Shown: positions 11,191 to 26,297, numbered from the stretch's first letter. The stretch is 64,000 nt of DNA from Anthoceros angustus (GCA_010909165.1 MU008168.1:930001-994000); one strand, 5' to 3'. Notes: generated by a model not told the origin, from the sequence alone. A program made the numbers and translations.

Positions 11191-12880
11191 GGGGTGTGAA
11201 GAGCTGTGGCTGAAATTTGTACATGAACATTTTGCTTTTTTTTTTTCTTCTGATGGGTGACTGTGCTTCCTGAATATAGCTCCATCCCTGTCCAAGTAGG
11301 TACATGGACATGGACCGCCAACGCTGACCCACGTCTTTTCACAACGGACATTGTTGGGATCGGTTGATCTCCTCAGGTTTTTCCTTTACACTATGATAGT
11401 GTGTGCAAGGCAAGGTGCTGGCATGGTGGCATGCAAGTGAGAACGGAGCCATTATCTGCTACGTACTTATTTGACTGACAATATCAGATGGATGGGGGGT
11501 GTACGTTGTGACAAGTGGCGTGTCAAGGTTAGAGCGCTTCGGCAGCCCTCGTCGCTGATAGCCAGCCCGGCCGGGCCTGCAGCATACATCTCTAGTCTGC
11601 ACCCCGTCTGTGTTTTAGGCCTTCCGTTGGTGGGCATGTTGAGAAGCTCGTGGACAGGCGTGTGGTAGTAAGGTCTACATTGGGACAAATGACTTCATAG
11701 CGACCTCTGAAACAAGAGGTGCCAGGTCGTTTGAAAGAATATTTTGTTTTTAATCATCTTTAGGTAGCTTGATTTGTTGGTAGCTTTATTTATCATGATA
11801 TTTTTAAGTGAGTAAAACTTAAGAGTTATTCAGGTAAAGAGGAGTGGATACACAAAAAGTATTATCAACCATGGTCGGTTGTCTAGAATATCATTCTTTT
11901 TAAAATATTTTGAAGGGTAATGAATGCATCTATCGGCAATAATAGGGAAAAGAGGTACATATCTGCTCCATGTTTAAGAGTGTGATAAATCTTGGAACAT
12001 GACCCGTGTTGGATGGGTTTTTCCCCATCGTTTTTTCCCTCAATAAAATAATTTTCATAAATCTTGAAACATGACTTTATAAATTTATTGAAGTCCTTTA
12101 TAAACCTCTACCCATGTACACATATCTTCCTCCATAGTTAGAAACTTTTATCGTAAGGGTACGACAGGATGAACCTCTTGGATTCCTTTAATTAGAAATC
12201 TTCACAGCTTCCACCTTCCGGGGTGCACCCAATGACCGGGTTGGAGCAACGTTCACACTTGATCTTCTTTGGTAAAGAAAGCTCTAGGGGATGGCCTGGG
12301 GCCGCGTGTTGTAAAAGCGCCACGGGACTGCTCTAAAATAATCCACGATTAAAAAAGAAAGAAAAAGATCGACGAGACTCAGGAGTTGAGCAGCCGTAAG
12401 ACGCATGAAACATATGTATGGTGCACCTATCCCTATTCTACGAGTGTCCATGTATGTATAAGGGATGGCCATGGTGCACGCGTTCGTCCGTGGGACCCAC
12501 ATACGGTCTGTACATGGACGCTTCGGCATGCATTTTAGTATATACCAATAAACCATTCGCCGGGTCGACAGGAGTCTGCACTCTGCAGTATGCATGCATA
12601 TAATTAGGGGCAGAAGCAGCACGCTCTTTATCTCTCTCTTATTACTTGGGCTGGGCTGGAGCCTGGCTGCTGTTGTCGCCCTGGGGCCTGGCTCTTTTGT
12701 CTCTCTCCGGCTATTGTGCTCTCCTCCTCTCTCTGTCTCGCTCGCAGCGCCTGCCTGCATGCCGCACGCCCGGGATGAGCTTGCCAAGGAAGCGAGGAAG
12801 AGTGGGAGCCCGCGGTCTTCTTAGGAGGAGGAGAGAATCCTTTGATTTGTCTTGCTCACTCTCTTCTGCCTTGTCCTGCC
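11191..12880. repeat. Downstream flank of the PPR-DYW locus, copy 1 of 3 (others 14404-15265 partial and 15437-17197)
   Basis: Long near-identical blocks, e.g. CTGATGGGTGACTGTGCTTCCTGAATATAGCTCC and TCATCTTTAGGTAGCTTGATTTGTTGG, occur in all three copies. Confidence 0.93.
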
Positions 12881-13580
12881 CTTCAAGCTTGTGCATTTTG
12901 CCGCCGACTTGGAATCTGGCAGAAAAGTGCACTGTGATGTGTTGCACAGTGGCATTCCTCCTGACTTGTTTGTTGGCAACTGCCTGGTGGACATGTATGC
13001 AAAATGTGGTGAACTGAAAGATGCACGCCAGGTTTTTGACAGCAACAAAGGATGTGGTGACATGGAATGCCCTGATATCTGGGTATGCAAAATGTGGTGA
13101 ACTGAAAGATGCACGCCAGGTTTTTGACAGCATGAACAAAGAATGTGGTGACATGGAATGCCCTGATAGCTGGGTATGCAGCAAGGACTCGGACATGAGG
13201 CACTTGTTCTGTATGGACAAATGGAGCAGGAGGGCCTCATTTTGGCTGACCATGTTACTTTTGCTTGCCTTCTGAAGGCCTGTGCAAGCACTGGTGCCTT
13301 ACACAGAAGGGCAGCTGCACACAGATTGTTGAAAGAGGACTGCTGGATAATACTGGTGGGCAACTGCCTGGTGGACATGTATGCAAAATGTGGTGAACTG
13401 GAAGATGCACGCCAGGTTTTTGACAGCTTGCCACAAAGGATGTGGTGACATGGAATGCCCTGATTGCTGGGTATGCAGACTCGGCCAAGGCGCTTGTTGT
13501 GTATGGACAAATGGAGCAGGAGGGCCTCATTTTGGCTGACCATGTGTTACTTTTGCTTGCCTTCTGAAGGCCTGTGGAAG
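12876..13580 (+). pseudogene. Degenerate PPR array of copy B (5'-truncated, many indels)
   Basis: Begins abruptly at the equivalent of 9427 in copy A; MYAKCGELKDARQVF motifs scattered over different frames. Confidence 0.88.
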
Positions 13581-13665
13581 CAGCAGAAGCAGCAGCACAG
13601 CCTGCATCAGTCCATGAAGGCCGTCTTTCCAGTCGGGCCTGCGCTGCTGCCGTGTCGTTGCTTTC

Positions 13666-14403
13666 ATGGCTGAACAGCATGGCCTGAAACCTACCCTTGA
13701 GCATTACAATTGCATGATTGATCTCCTTGGGCGTGCAGGCCATTTAGATGAGGCAGAGAACATGCTATTATCATGTGAGCACCAAGGTAATGTTGTAGGA
13801 TTGAGGTCTTTGCTCAATGCCTGCAAAGGTCACGGGGATATACAGAGGGCGGTGTGGTGTTTTGAAAGCCTTGTTAGACTGGAACCCCAGCATGCATCGG
13901 GATATGTGCTCATGGCTAATGCCTATGCAGATGCAGGTAGGTGGATCGATGTAGACAGAATTGAAACAGAGAGAATCGTAGCAGGAGCTAACAAGAAACC
14001 TGCAGTCGCCAGCATTGAGGTGAACAAAAAAATACACACATTCGCGGTGGGAGAAAGAAGAGATGATATTGCGCTCAAGGTAAAGGTCGAGAGCACAAAT
14101 GCGCGGCTGAAGCAGGAAGGGGGACATGTACCACAGACAAAGTTGGTGTTGAAGCCACTGTCTGAAAAGGAAAAGGAAGATGTGCTTTGTGGGCATGCGG
14201 AGAAGCTAGCTCTGGCGTTTGGCCTGTTGAGCACTCCGAGTGGGACACCTCTGGTGGTGACTAAGAATCTACGCATGTGCAGTGACTGCCACAGTTCCAC
14301 GGAGATCTTGTCAAAGCTCGAACGCCGAGACATTGTTGTAAGGGATGGATACCGTGTGCATCGATTCGCGAATGGTTGTTGCAGTTGTAGGGGTCGACCG
14401 TGA
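13666..14403 (+). CDS. Intact S2-E1-E2-DYW:KP (GRP-type) deaminase region, copy B; candidate U-to-C editing domain
   Basis: EHYNCMIDLLGRAGHLDEAE; E1/E2; KKPAVASIEV in place of the PG box; HAEKLA; LRMCSDCH; ends CCSCRGRP-stop. Confidence 0.92.
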   Translation: MAEQHGLKPTLEHYNCMIDLLGRAGHLDEAENMLLSCEHQGNVVGLRSLLNACKGHGDIQRAVWCFESLVRLEPQHASGYVLMANAYADAGRWIDVDRIETERIVAGANKKPAVASIEVNKKIHTFAVGERRDDIALKVKVESTNARLKQEGGHVPQTKLVLKPLSEKEKEDVLCGHAEKLALAFGLLSTPSGTPLVVTKNLRMCSDCHSSTEILSKLERRDIVVRDGYRVHRFANGCCSCRGRP

Positions 14404-15265
14404 GATTAATGAAGAGCTAGCCAATGCTGAAATGTGTACGCCAGACAATTTTGCTTTTTTTTTTTTTTTTCTTCTGATGGGTGACTGTGCTTCCTGAATA
14501 TAGCTCCATCCCTGTCCAAGTAGGTACATGGACATGGACCGCCAACGCTGACCCACGTCTTTTCACAACGGACATTGTCGGGATCGGATGAATCTCCTCG
14601 GGTTCAGACTTCATACGCATGTGGTCTGGTGTGTGCAAGGCAAGGTGCTGGCATGGTGGCATGCAAGTGAGAACGGAGCCATTATCTGCTACGTACTTAT
14701 TTGACTGACAATATCGAATGGATGGGGGACGTGTACGTTGTGACAAGTGGCGTGTCAAGGTTAGAGCGCTTCGGCAGCCCCTCGTCGCTGATAGCCAGCC
14801 CGGCCCGGGCCGGGCCTGCAGCATACATCTCTAGTCTACCCCCGTGCTATTTGCCATTTAGGCCCTTCCGTTCCGGTGGGCATGTTGGGAGTCAGACTTT
14901 GCTCGTGGACGAGCGTGTAGTAGTAGGTCTACATTAGGACAAATGACTTTCCCCCATAGCGACCTCTCAGCTCAAAATGAGACCTTTCCAGGTCGTTTGA
15001 AAGGAATATTTTAGTTTTTTTAATCATCTTTAGGTAGCTTGATTTGTTGGTAGCTTTATTTATCATGATATTTTTAAGTGAGTAAAACTTAAGAGTTATT
15101 CAGGTAAAGAGGAGTGGATACACAAAAAGTATTATCAACCATGGTCGGTTGTCTAGAATATCATTCTTTTTAAAATATTTTGAAGGGTAATGAATGCATC
15201 TATCGGCAATAATAGGGAAAAGAGGTACATATCTGCTCCATGTTTAAGAGTGTGATAAATCTTGA
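14404..15265. repeat. Downstream flank copy 2 (truncated)
   Basis: Matches 15437-16285; breaks at GTGATAAATCTTGAAC. Confidence 0.92.
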
Positions 15266-15436
15266 ACACTCCGAGTGGGACACCTCTGGTGGTAACGAAG
15301 AATCTACGCATGTGCAGTGACTGCCACAGTTCCACGGAGATCATGTCAAGGCTTGAACAGAGACATTGTTGTAAGGGATGGATACCGTGTGCATCGATTC
15401 GCGAATGGTTGTTGCAGTTGTAGGGGTCGACCGTGA
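15266..15436 (+). pseudogene. Third copy of the DYW:KP C-terminal tail only
   Basis: CACTCCGAGTGGGACACC...CGCATGTGCAGTGACTGCCAC...GGTCGACCGTGA, matches 14237-14403 with small indels. Confidence 0.92.
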
Positions 15437-17197
15437 GATTAATGAAGAGCTAGCCAATGCTGAAATGTGTACGCCAGACAATTTTGCTTTTTTTTCTTCT
15501 GATGGGTGACTGTGCTTCCTGAATATAGCTCCATCCCTGTCCAAGTAGGTACATGGACATGGACCGCCAACGCTGACCCACGTCTTTTCACAACGGACAT
15601 TGTCGGGATCGGATGAATCTCCTCGGGTTCAGACTTCATACGCATGTGGTCTGGTGTGTGCAAGGCAAGGTGCTGGCATGGTGGCATGCAAGTGAGAACG
15701 GAGCCATTATCTGCTACGTACTTATTTGACTGACAATATCGAATGGATGGGGGGACGTGTACGTTGTGACAAGTGGCGTGTCAAGGTTAGAGCGCTTCGG
15801 CAGCCCCTCGTCGCTGATAGCCAGCCCGGCCCGGGCCGGGCCTGCAGCATACATCTCTAGTCTACCCCCGTGCTATTTGCCATTTAGGCCCTTCCGTTCC
15901 GGTGGGCATGTTGGGAGTCAGACTTTGCTCGTGGACGAGCGTGTAGTAGTAGGTCTACATTAGGACAAATGACTTTCCCCATAGCGACCTCTCAGCTCAA
16001 AATGAGACCTTTCCAGGTCGTTTGAAAGGAATATTTTAGTTTTTAATCATCTTTAGGTAGCTTGATTTGTTGGTAGCTTTATTTATCATGATATTTTTAA
16101 GTGAGTAAAACTTAAGAGTTATTCAGGTAAGAGGAGTGGATACACAAAAGTATTATCAACCATGGTGGTTGTCTAGAATATCATTCTTTTAAAATATTTT
16201 GAAGGGTAATGAATGCATCTATCGGCAATAATAGGGAAAAGAGGTACATATCTGCTCCATGTTTAAGAGTGTGATAAATCTTGGAACATGACCCGTGTTG
16301 GATGGGTTTTTCCCCATCGTTTTTTCCCTCAATAAAATATAATTTTCATAAATCTTGAAACATGTTTTTATAAATTTATTGAAGTCCTTTGCTAAACCTC
16401 TACCCATGTACATCTCCAATATCCCTCCATAGTTAGAAACTTTTATCGTAAGGGTACGACAGGATGAACCTCTTGGATTCCTTTAATTAGAAATCTTCAC
16501 AGCTTCCACCTTCCGGGGTGCACCCAATGACCGGGTTGGAGCAACGTTCACACTTGATCTTCTTTGGTAAAGAAAGCTCTAGGGGATGGCCTGGGGCCGC
16601 GTGTTGTAAAAGCGCCACGGGACTGCTCTAAAATAATCCACGATTAAAAAAAAAGAAAGAAAAAAGAGATCGACGAGACTTCCTTAAGGAGTTGAGCAGC
16701 CGTAAGACGCATGAAACATATGTATGGTGCACCTATCCCTATTCTACGAGTGTCCATGTATGTATAAGGGATGGCCATGGTGCACGCGTTCGTCCGTGGG
16801 ACCCACATACGGTCTGTACATGGACGCTTCGGCATGCATTTTAGTATATACCAATAGGTACCATTCGCCGGGTCGACAGGAGTCTGCACTCTGCAGTATG
16901 CATGCATATAATTAGGGGAGCAGAAGCAGCACGCTCTTTATCTCTCTCTTATTACTTGGGCTGGGCTGGAGCCTGGGCTGCTGTTGTCGCCCTGGGGCCT
17001 GGCTCTTTTTGTCTCTCTCCGGCTATTGTGCTCTCCTCCCTCTCTCTGTCTCGCTCGCAGCGCCTGCCTGCATGCCGCACGCCCGGGGATGAGCTTGCCA
17101 AGGGAAGCGAGGAAGAGTGGGAGCCCGCGGTCTTCTTAGGAGGAGGAGAGAATCCTTTGATTTGTCTTGCTCTGCTCTCTTCTGCCTTGTCCTGCCC
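15437..17197. repeat. Downstream flank copy 3, continuous with unique sequence
   Basis: Full-length match to 11191-12880, then runs on into the upstream region of the kinase gene. Confidence 0.92.
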
Positions 17198-18218
17198 CTT
17201 CCCCTTCCCCTTCCCTTGCGCCAGCCCTGGTTTTCTTGCGTGAGACTCTCAAGGGGCGAGTGAGCCGCTCCTTCCAGCTAGCAGGTGCTTGACACCTGCT
17301 ACTGTAGGCGCAGTGGAAGCAGCAGAAGCAGCAGCACAGCCTCCTGCATCAGTCCATGAAGGCCGTCTTTCCAGTCGGGCCTGCGCTGCTGCCGTGTCGT
17401 TGCTTTCATGGGGGACCAGGCCCTGCTGATGACGAGGGAAGAAGAAGTTCTCCTTCCCTCCTTTGGCCCGCTCGTGCCCGCGCCTGCTCACGGATGTCGC
17501 CTGCGGTACCTACCTCTCGAAGCCCTTGGATGTGCATCACGCTTGCCGACTCAACAGATCTAGCTCCTCTGACGTTAACTTGCTTGTTTTGTAGCTTCGC
17601 CGCGACTCCTTTGCTCCAGAGTATTAAACTTATGGCTCAGATTTGGAGCTCCGCCGTCATATGAGTCTCATGTGAGTAGCATCATGCTCCTCTGCGGCTG
17701 AACTCTTCTATTGCGTTCTTCCAGTTGCCGTGATATGGTGTGTTTTGCTTGTTCTCACCACTTATTTCTTTTCCTGTGATGTGCCAGGTGTCGTGGGCTC
17801 GCTGGCCGTCGGCATGTGTAGATTGTGATGGTCAACGTAAAGCAGATGGGTATCGAGGGGTTGCAGTTTCGGCCACTTCCGTGCGTTTTGCGTTAGATCG
17901 GCCTGGGAATTTCGTGCCACTGCATAGCGTAGGATGTGAATACATCTTGCTGGGACCGCGGACAGTGACCAGCTGCACGCTTACTCTTCTTCTGGATAGC
18001 CGACGCCTGTAACGGGTCCATGGCTCCTCCTACGGGGGAGGAGGTAGTGTGCCCTTCGCTGTTGGCAGTAGGAGGCACTGTGGCAGAGAAGCACATGCAA
18101 CAGATCTGGGATTGGAACAAGTGCCTGGGTTCAGATCAATCGGTGCTGTGTGCTTTTCCTCGTTTCCACCTTAACACCATCCCAAGTTGCTGAAGACCCA
18201 TATATGCTGACTTCCGAC

Positions 18219-21336
<3,118 letters not shown>

Positions 21337-22311
21337 CTGCGTCGTCGGACTGGGTTAGGGCGGCATAGTTTTGGGAAGGAGCAGGTCTGTGCAGGGCGGT
21401 GGCTGGTCGCGGTCTTGTGGCTGTCGCACCTTCGTGGTATGGTCTATACTATACAAGTAGTGTTAAGACGTGGTTGGTTGGGAGCAACTTATATCCTGTG
21501 CTCTGCGGTAATTCAATGAGCAATACGTATTGAGTTAGAATTGTGCCCACTATACCTAGTGCGACCGTTCTCGGGAGTCGGTAAAATTCGAGGCTGTCGC
21601 CGGCTGGCCCGCACATGTCTAGGGAATGGGGATCTGTGGGTACGTGGTGAGCAGCGGGAATGTGTACTTTTCAGGGACGACAGACTGCAGGGCCGGCTTG
21701 TGTTGAAGGGGGGCCGGCGTGTCTACAAGGAAAGGCCGGCGGAGACCGGGGTATTTTCCAGGAGAGACCATCGTACTATCGTAGTTGATACGTTGATACA
21801 GCTACTAACCGGCTGCCGAAAGCCTAATATTTTTTGAGTCAGGACTTAAGGGAACTAGATTTTATTTTTTTAATTAGACACTTTAAAATATTTTATTTAG
21901 TCCTATTTTTATTAGGGAAAATAGAGATGCATATACATCTATGTCCAAACAATTCTTCTACCATTGGACTTGGACCGGTACCTAGTGACTAAGGATGGAT
22001 GATTGAGACTGAAATATGATAATTTATGATTGCGATGATGTAGAATTTTTTAAATGTTAACACTCTCTGCAATAAGTTTTATGTTTTTGGGTAAACTAAA
22101 AATTGATTATTCAGCGCTTAACACTCAAGCAAGGTTGAGGATCGTGGTTTGTTCATTTCAATTATAATCAAACGTTATCGTTTCTCATGCACTCTTTCTT
22201 CGATTCAATGTTGAAACCGTTATCGAATTGTGTCATTCCGAGCATATAGCTTAGGACACCGATTCAAGCAAAATTTCCAATGCCAAAGTAATTCGGAAAT
22301 GTTGCTAAGTG

Positions 22312-22462
22312 GACCAAAATGACTCATTTTGAAGAGCCTCTCATTATGACCAATGACTCATTTTGAGGAGCCCTCTCATTATGACCAAATTACTCATTTT
22401 GAGGAGCCCTCTCATTATGAGCAAATCACTCATTTTGAGGAGCCCTCTCATTATGACCAAAT
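22312..22462. repeat. 36-bp tandem repeat x4, with a further copy at 22781-22811 and an inverted copy at 22851-22875
   Basis: Unit GACCAAATGACTCATTTTGAGGAGCCCTCTCATTAT. Confidence 0.92.
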
Positions 22463-23703
22463 GTGTTCAAGTTTGAAATTCTTATTTCGATAATACGTAG
22501 GTACATCTAAATTTTCTTTGAAATGGTGCAAAAAATATTTTTTTAAAAAAATTAAATAATATTCTTCTCAAAATTACATAATTGACTAAATACAAGCACC
22601 TAGCTCTGGATATGGTTAATAAATAATTATTTCATAGTATTATGAAAAAATTAAAGTGATAACATGTCAAAAACATGACTTGTTATTTTTTGGCTCATAA
22701 TTTTGCTCTCGTAGTTAGAGATTTAATGAGCAAACCGAAAAACAATTATTTTTCATCCAAAAATATTTGAGACTTCTTCTAACTCATTTTGAGGAGCCCT
22801 CTCATTATGAGGTTAATATCTCCCTTAAAATGTTAGTCGCTATTGGCACTCTCATAATGAAAGGGCTCCTCAAAACTTCATCATAAAATGGGGAGCAAGA
22901 ATTCTTCTTTTGAAAATTTATTATATCTACTCGGATCTAGTGTTCCATTCGTGTATCAGCGGTTCACAATAAGGAGAATATATATGAGCATGATAATTGA
23001 GATTATTATTATTATTATTAAATTTTATTTTTCTATAATTATTCATTATTTATATTTATGTTATATCATGGCCCTATAGTGATGACGTGCACAAGTTTCT
23101 TGGAGTTGTCACTCTTAATCACGCCCATTTGCTCCAGGAAAGACCCCTTCTCCTCTCATTTCCAACTTATGTATCTGGGATACCTTCCCCTCTCCCTCAT
23201 TTGATGAGGAGTTGTTGCATCTTGTCAAACTGGTGTGTGACAGACCACACGAGGCCTCATTTGATACACAAGTAGGAAACTCTGAGGTCGGAAATGTGAG
23301 AGCTTCATAAGGTTGGACAATAATCAAATGGAAAAAACAAACACATTTCTGAATATATCCAGCAATTCTGCCAAGAGAAACATGTCAAAGGTTCTATATG
23401 CAGCAAAACATATTAAATCAATCGATGATATCCACTAGCATAGTGAATTTGATCGGATCCACCAACATAATGAATTTAGAACTTTAGTTGTATTTTGAGG
23501 AGTTTTTTTGACCTTGGGGCAAGAGATCTTTTTTATTTTGAAAATTTGGTGGTGATAATGATGAATTCGGGCGGCAGAAGGGGAAGATTTTCAAATTTAT
23601 ATCATGTAAATTGAAATTAGTTCAACATTTACTTGACATGAAGTTTGCATAAATGGAGGAGCAAGGCGCAAACAACAATGTTCCTCCACGTTTGATGTTG
23701 CTA

Positions 23704-23893
23704 TCGATATTTTTAAAGTACCCGGCCATGTCTTGCACACGCCCATGATAGACAAATGCGCCCTTTGCAAGAAGAAGGATGGTGCTGATGTTGCGGCCAA
23801 TCTCTTTCAAGTACTTGACCATGTCTTGCATACTCCCCCGATAGACACTCCCGTGATAGACAATTGCGCCCTTTGCAAGAAGAAGAATTGGTG
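23704..23893 (-). pseudogene. Tandemly duplicated ABCG-transporter-like NBD fragment
   Basis: ILLLAKGAIVYHG...QDMVKYLKEIG followed by ILLLAKGAFVYHGRVQDMAGYFKNID resembles the ABCG segment ILLLS.G..VY.GP....YF..G; no Walker or signature motifs nearby. Confidence 0.6.
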
Positions 23894-24109
23894 CTTACCC
23901 GAAAGCGAATCGGATTGGAAGTTGGAGGAGCTTGGGTTAAGCTTCTTAATTTAAAAACTACTTCTTAATTGATAACAACCTAACCTTCTTAGTAACAAAC
24001 CCTATAAAAAGGTTAAAAAAGATTAAAGTGAATAAATTGGAATTGAAAGCTTTTTAAATCAAAAAGCTTCTTTATTGACAATCCTATATGTAGTATAAAC
24101 GATAAAAAA

Positions 24110-24362
24110 GTAGACTTTATGTAGGAAAAAAAGATGCGAAACCTCATCTAAGTAACCTTTCTTTATGTAGGGAAAAGAGATGGGAAATCCCATCTAAGTA
24201 GACTTTTTGCAGGAAAAAGAGATGGAAAATCCATCTAAGTAGACTTTTTGCAGGAAAAAGAGATGGGAAATCCCATCTAAGTAGACTTTATGTAGGAAAA
24301 AGTGATGGGAAATTCCATCTAAGTAGACTTTATGTAGGAAAAAGTGATGGGAAATCCCATCT
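24110..24362. repeat. About 39-bp tandem repeat, about 6 copies, each with an internal palindrome
   Basis: Unit GTAGGAAAAAG(A/T)GATGGGAAATCCCATCTAAGTAGACTTT. Confidence 0.9.
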
Positions 24363-25780
24363 ACCCCGAAACTAAGGGGAAAACCCTGAAGTGAACACCA
24401 AGCCAAGGGACCTAGCCCCCGCAATCGCCCATTTTGAAACTACCTATTGCTACGAGAATGTCATGGTCTGGGATGTGAAAGGGCCTACCTACCATTGGTG
24501 CCGAAGATGCCACATACCCTGCTCTTGCTGCCATGTTGTACACTTCATTGACCAATGCCCTCCGCAGGGCGATGGACACCAGTTGCCTAAAGAAGGCAGC
24601 GATATAAGAAAGGGGGAGACCAACCCCATTCTTGTAGTATAAACAAGGAGTTGATCCTCCCAATAAACATTCTCTATCAACAAGAATACCGGGCCACCTT
24701 GTCAAAGTTCATAGTGAATATAGGTTAAAGTATTTAGGTCACAAAATGCATGGTGTGACAGATTGCACATCCAAGCCTGACAAACATGAAAAGAAAAGAT
24801 AAATATAAGAACTACACAGTTAAGCGCCCGTTAGGGCTTGCTAGTGGTCATGTTCATATTTGCTATTTCAAATCAATTTCAATTATTTCAGTGGATGACT
24901 GTACAGATGAGGAAGTTCGAGGCTCGTCGTAGAGCCACCGTAGTAGACGAGCGTTTATGCCCGCCATTTTGTTTATGTCTCCTCAGTTAGATTTGGGTTT
25001 GGCCATGGTGGCCATGCCTCATGTTTTGTGAAGGGCGCTTGCCCGTGTTTAGCTGTATCTCCTGTTTTTTGTAATGGGTGTAAGCCCTGGTTCTTTTACC
25101 ACCAATCCGGACAAGGTTGCCACATGACGTCCTAAACTTCTGCAGATGAATTGGGCCAGGGAACATCATGACTAGACCATGACATGGATTCGGTCTGTGA
25201 AAGAAACGGCGAGCTTTGCGGAGTTCATACTAGATCATTTAAGATGGGAGTTGAGGCTGTGCGACAGGTGTTTGGAACGATGCCTAACCAGGCCTTGGAA
25301 CAGGCACAGGAAGGAGAATTTGTAGATAAGTCCTCGAGGGGTAGCCGCCGTAGCTTCCACGTATGATGCAACTTCCACCTTCTCATTTCGGAGAAGGATT
25401 TGGGAGCTTGGCACAACTATGTTCGCCCATGGCTGCCCCATGTGGACAAAAGGGTGTCCCAAGATTGAAAGTTGGACAAAATTAACTATGTGGTTAAGGT
25501 TGTGGGGCAGTTGTTCGGTTAACGCTGCCTGACCAGACCTTCAAGGGTGGAACAGGCACAAAAAGGAGAGGTTGTTGATGAGTCTCTGAAAGCAGCCGCC
25601 CAAGCTTCCGCATCTATTGCAGCTTCCACCGCCACGTTTTCACAGGAGCATCTAAAAGCCTATACCATAAAGTAGAGAAAATAAGAGGAAGATGCATCTC
25701 TGGCTGGTTTGCAGATTGTCGTAGGGCATAAGATTGCGGATGCTGAAGACTCCGCAACTGCTTCGAATTTGAGCCAGACC

Positions 25781-25902
25781 GCAGGGAGCTTGAATGAGTA
25801 CCAAATTGTAGGAGAACCTGGAGTGCAAGGAAAAGTGAGACGCAGGGAGCTTGAATGAGTACCAAATTGTAGGAGAACCTGGAGTGCAAGGAAAAGTGAG
25901 AC
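25781..25902. repeat. Exact 61-bp tandem duplication
   Basis: GCAGGGAGCTTGAATGAGTACCAAATTGTAGGAGAACCTGGAGTGCAAGGAAAAGTGAGAC x2. Confidence 0.95.
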
Positions 25903-26179
25903 CAGAGGCAATTGCAGCTTCCGGAAGCAATGAACAGATTTCGGTTATGGGGGAGTACCAGAATAATCTATACACTCCGACCGGCCTAGGGCAAATGTCC
26001 TAAGCACTTGGATCTCAAGTCCTAAATTTAACCCCAGATTAACAAAACCCACTCCACTTGAGTTTTTCATGACACATTTTACATCATATCTTTAATTTCA
26101 TTATTAATTTTTCGTCCATATTTTGATGGAAATAGGATACCAAGGTCACGTATACTATCATATTTTCCCGTAAAATATT

Positions 26180-26297
26180 CAACCCAACCCAACCCAACCC
26201 AACCCAACCAACCAACCCAACCCAACCCAACCCAACCAACCCAATAACCCAACCCAACCCAACCCAACTAACCCAACCTAACCCAACCCAACCCAAC
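26180..26297. repeat. (AACCC)n microsatellite
   Basis: Over 20 imperfect pentamer units. Confidence 0.95.

Noticed and set aside
12150-12350. GC-richer block in the duplicated flank as a structured ncRNA or organellar insertion
   Set aside because: No tRNA, rRNA or snoRNA hallmark or organellar gene recognised.
9261-14333. Numerous minus-strand ORFs over the PPR genes (also 27772-31357)
   Set aside because: Antisense shadows of repetitive PPR coding sequence with no independent motifs.
22312-24362. Regular 36-39-bp arrays superficially like CRISPR repeats
   Set aside because: Units are contiguous with no unique spacers, there are no cas genes, and the context is eukaryotic.
24980-25060. 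IWVWPWWPC as a PWWP-domain remnant
   Set aside because: Only a short motif, followed by stops, with none of the other PWWP elements recognisable.
26180-26297. (AACCC)n as an interstitial telomere
   Set aside because: The pentamer matches neither TTTAGGG nor TTAGGG; treated as an ordinary microsatellite.
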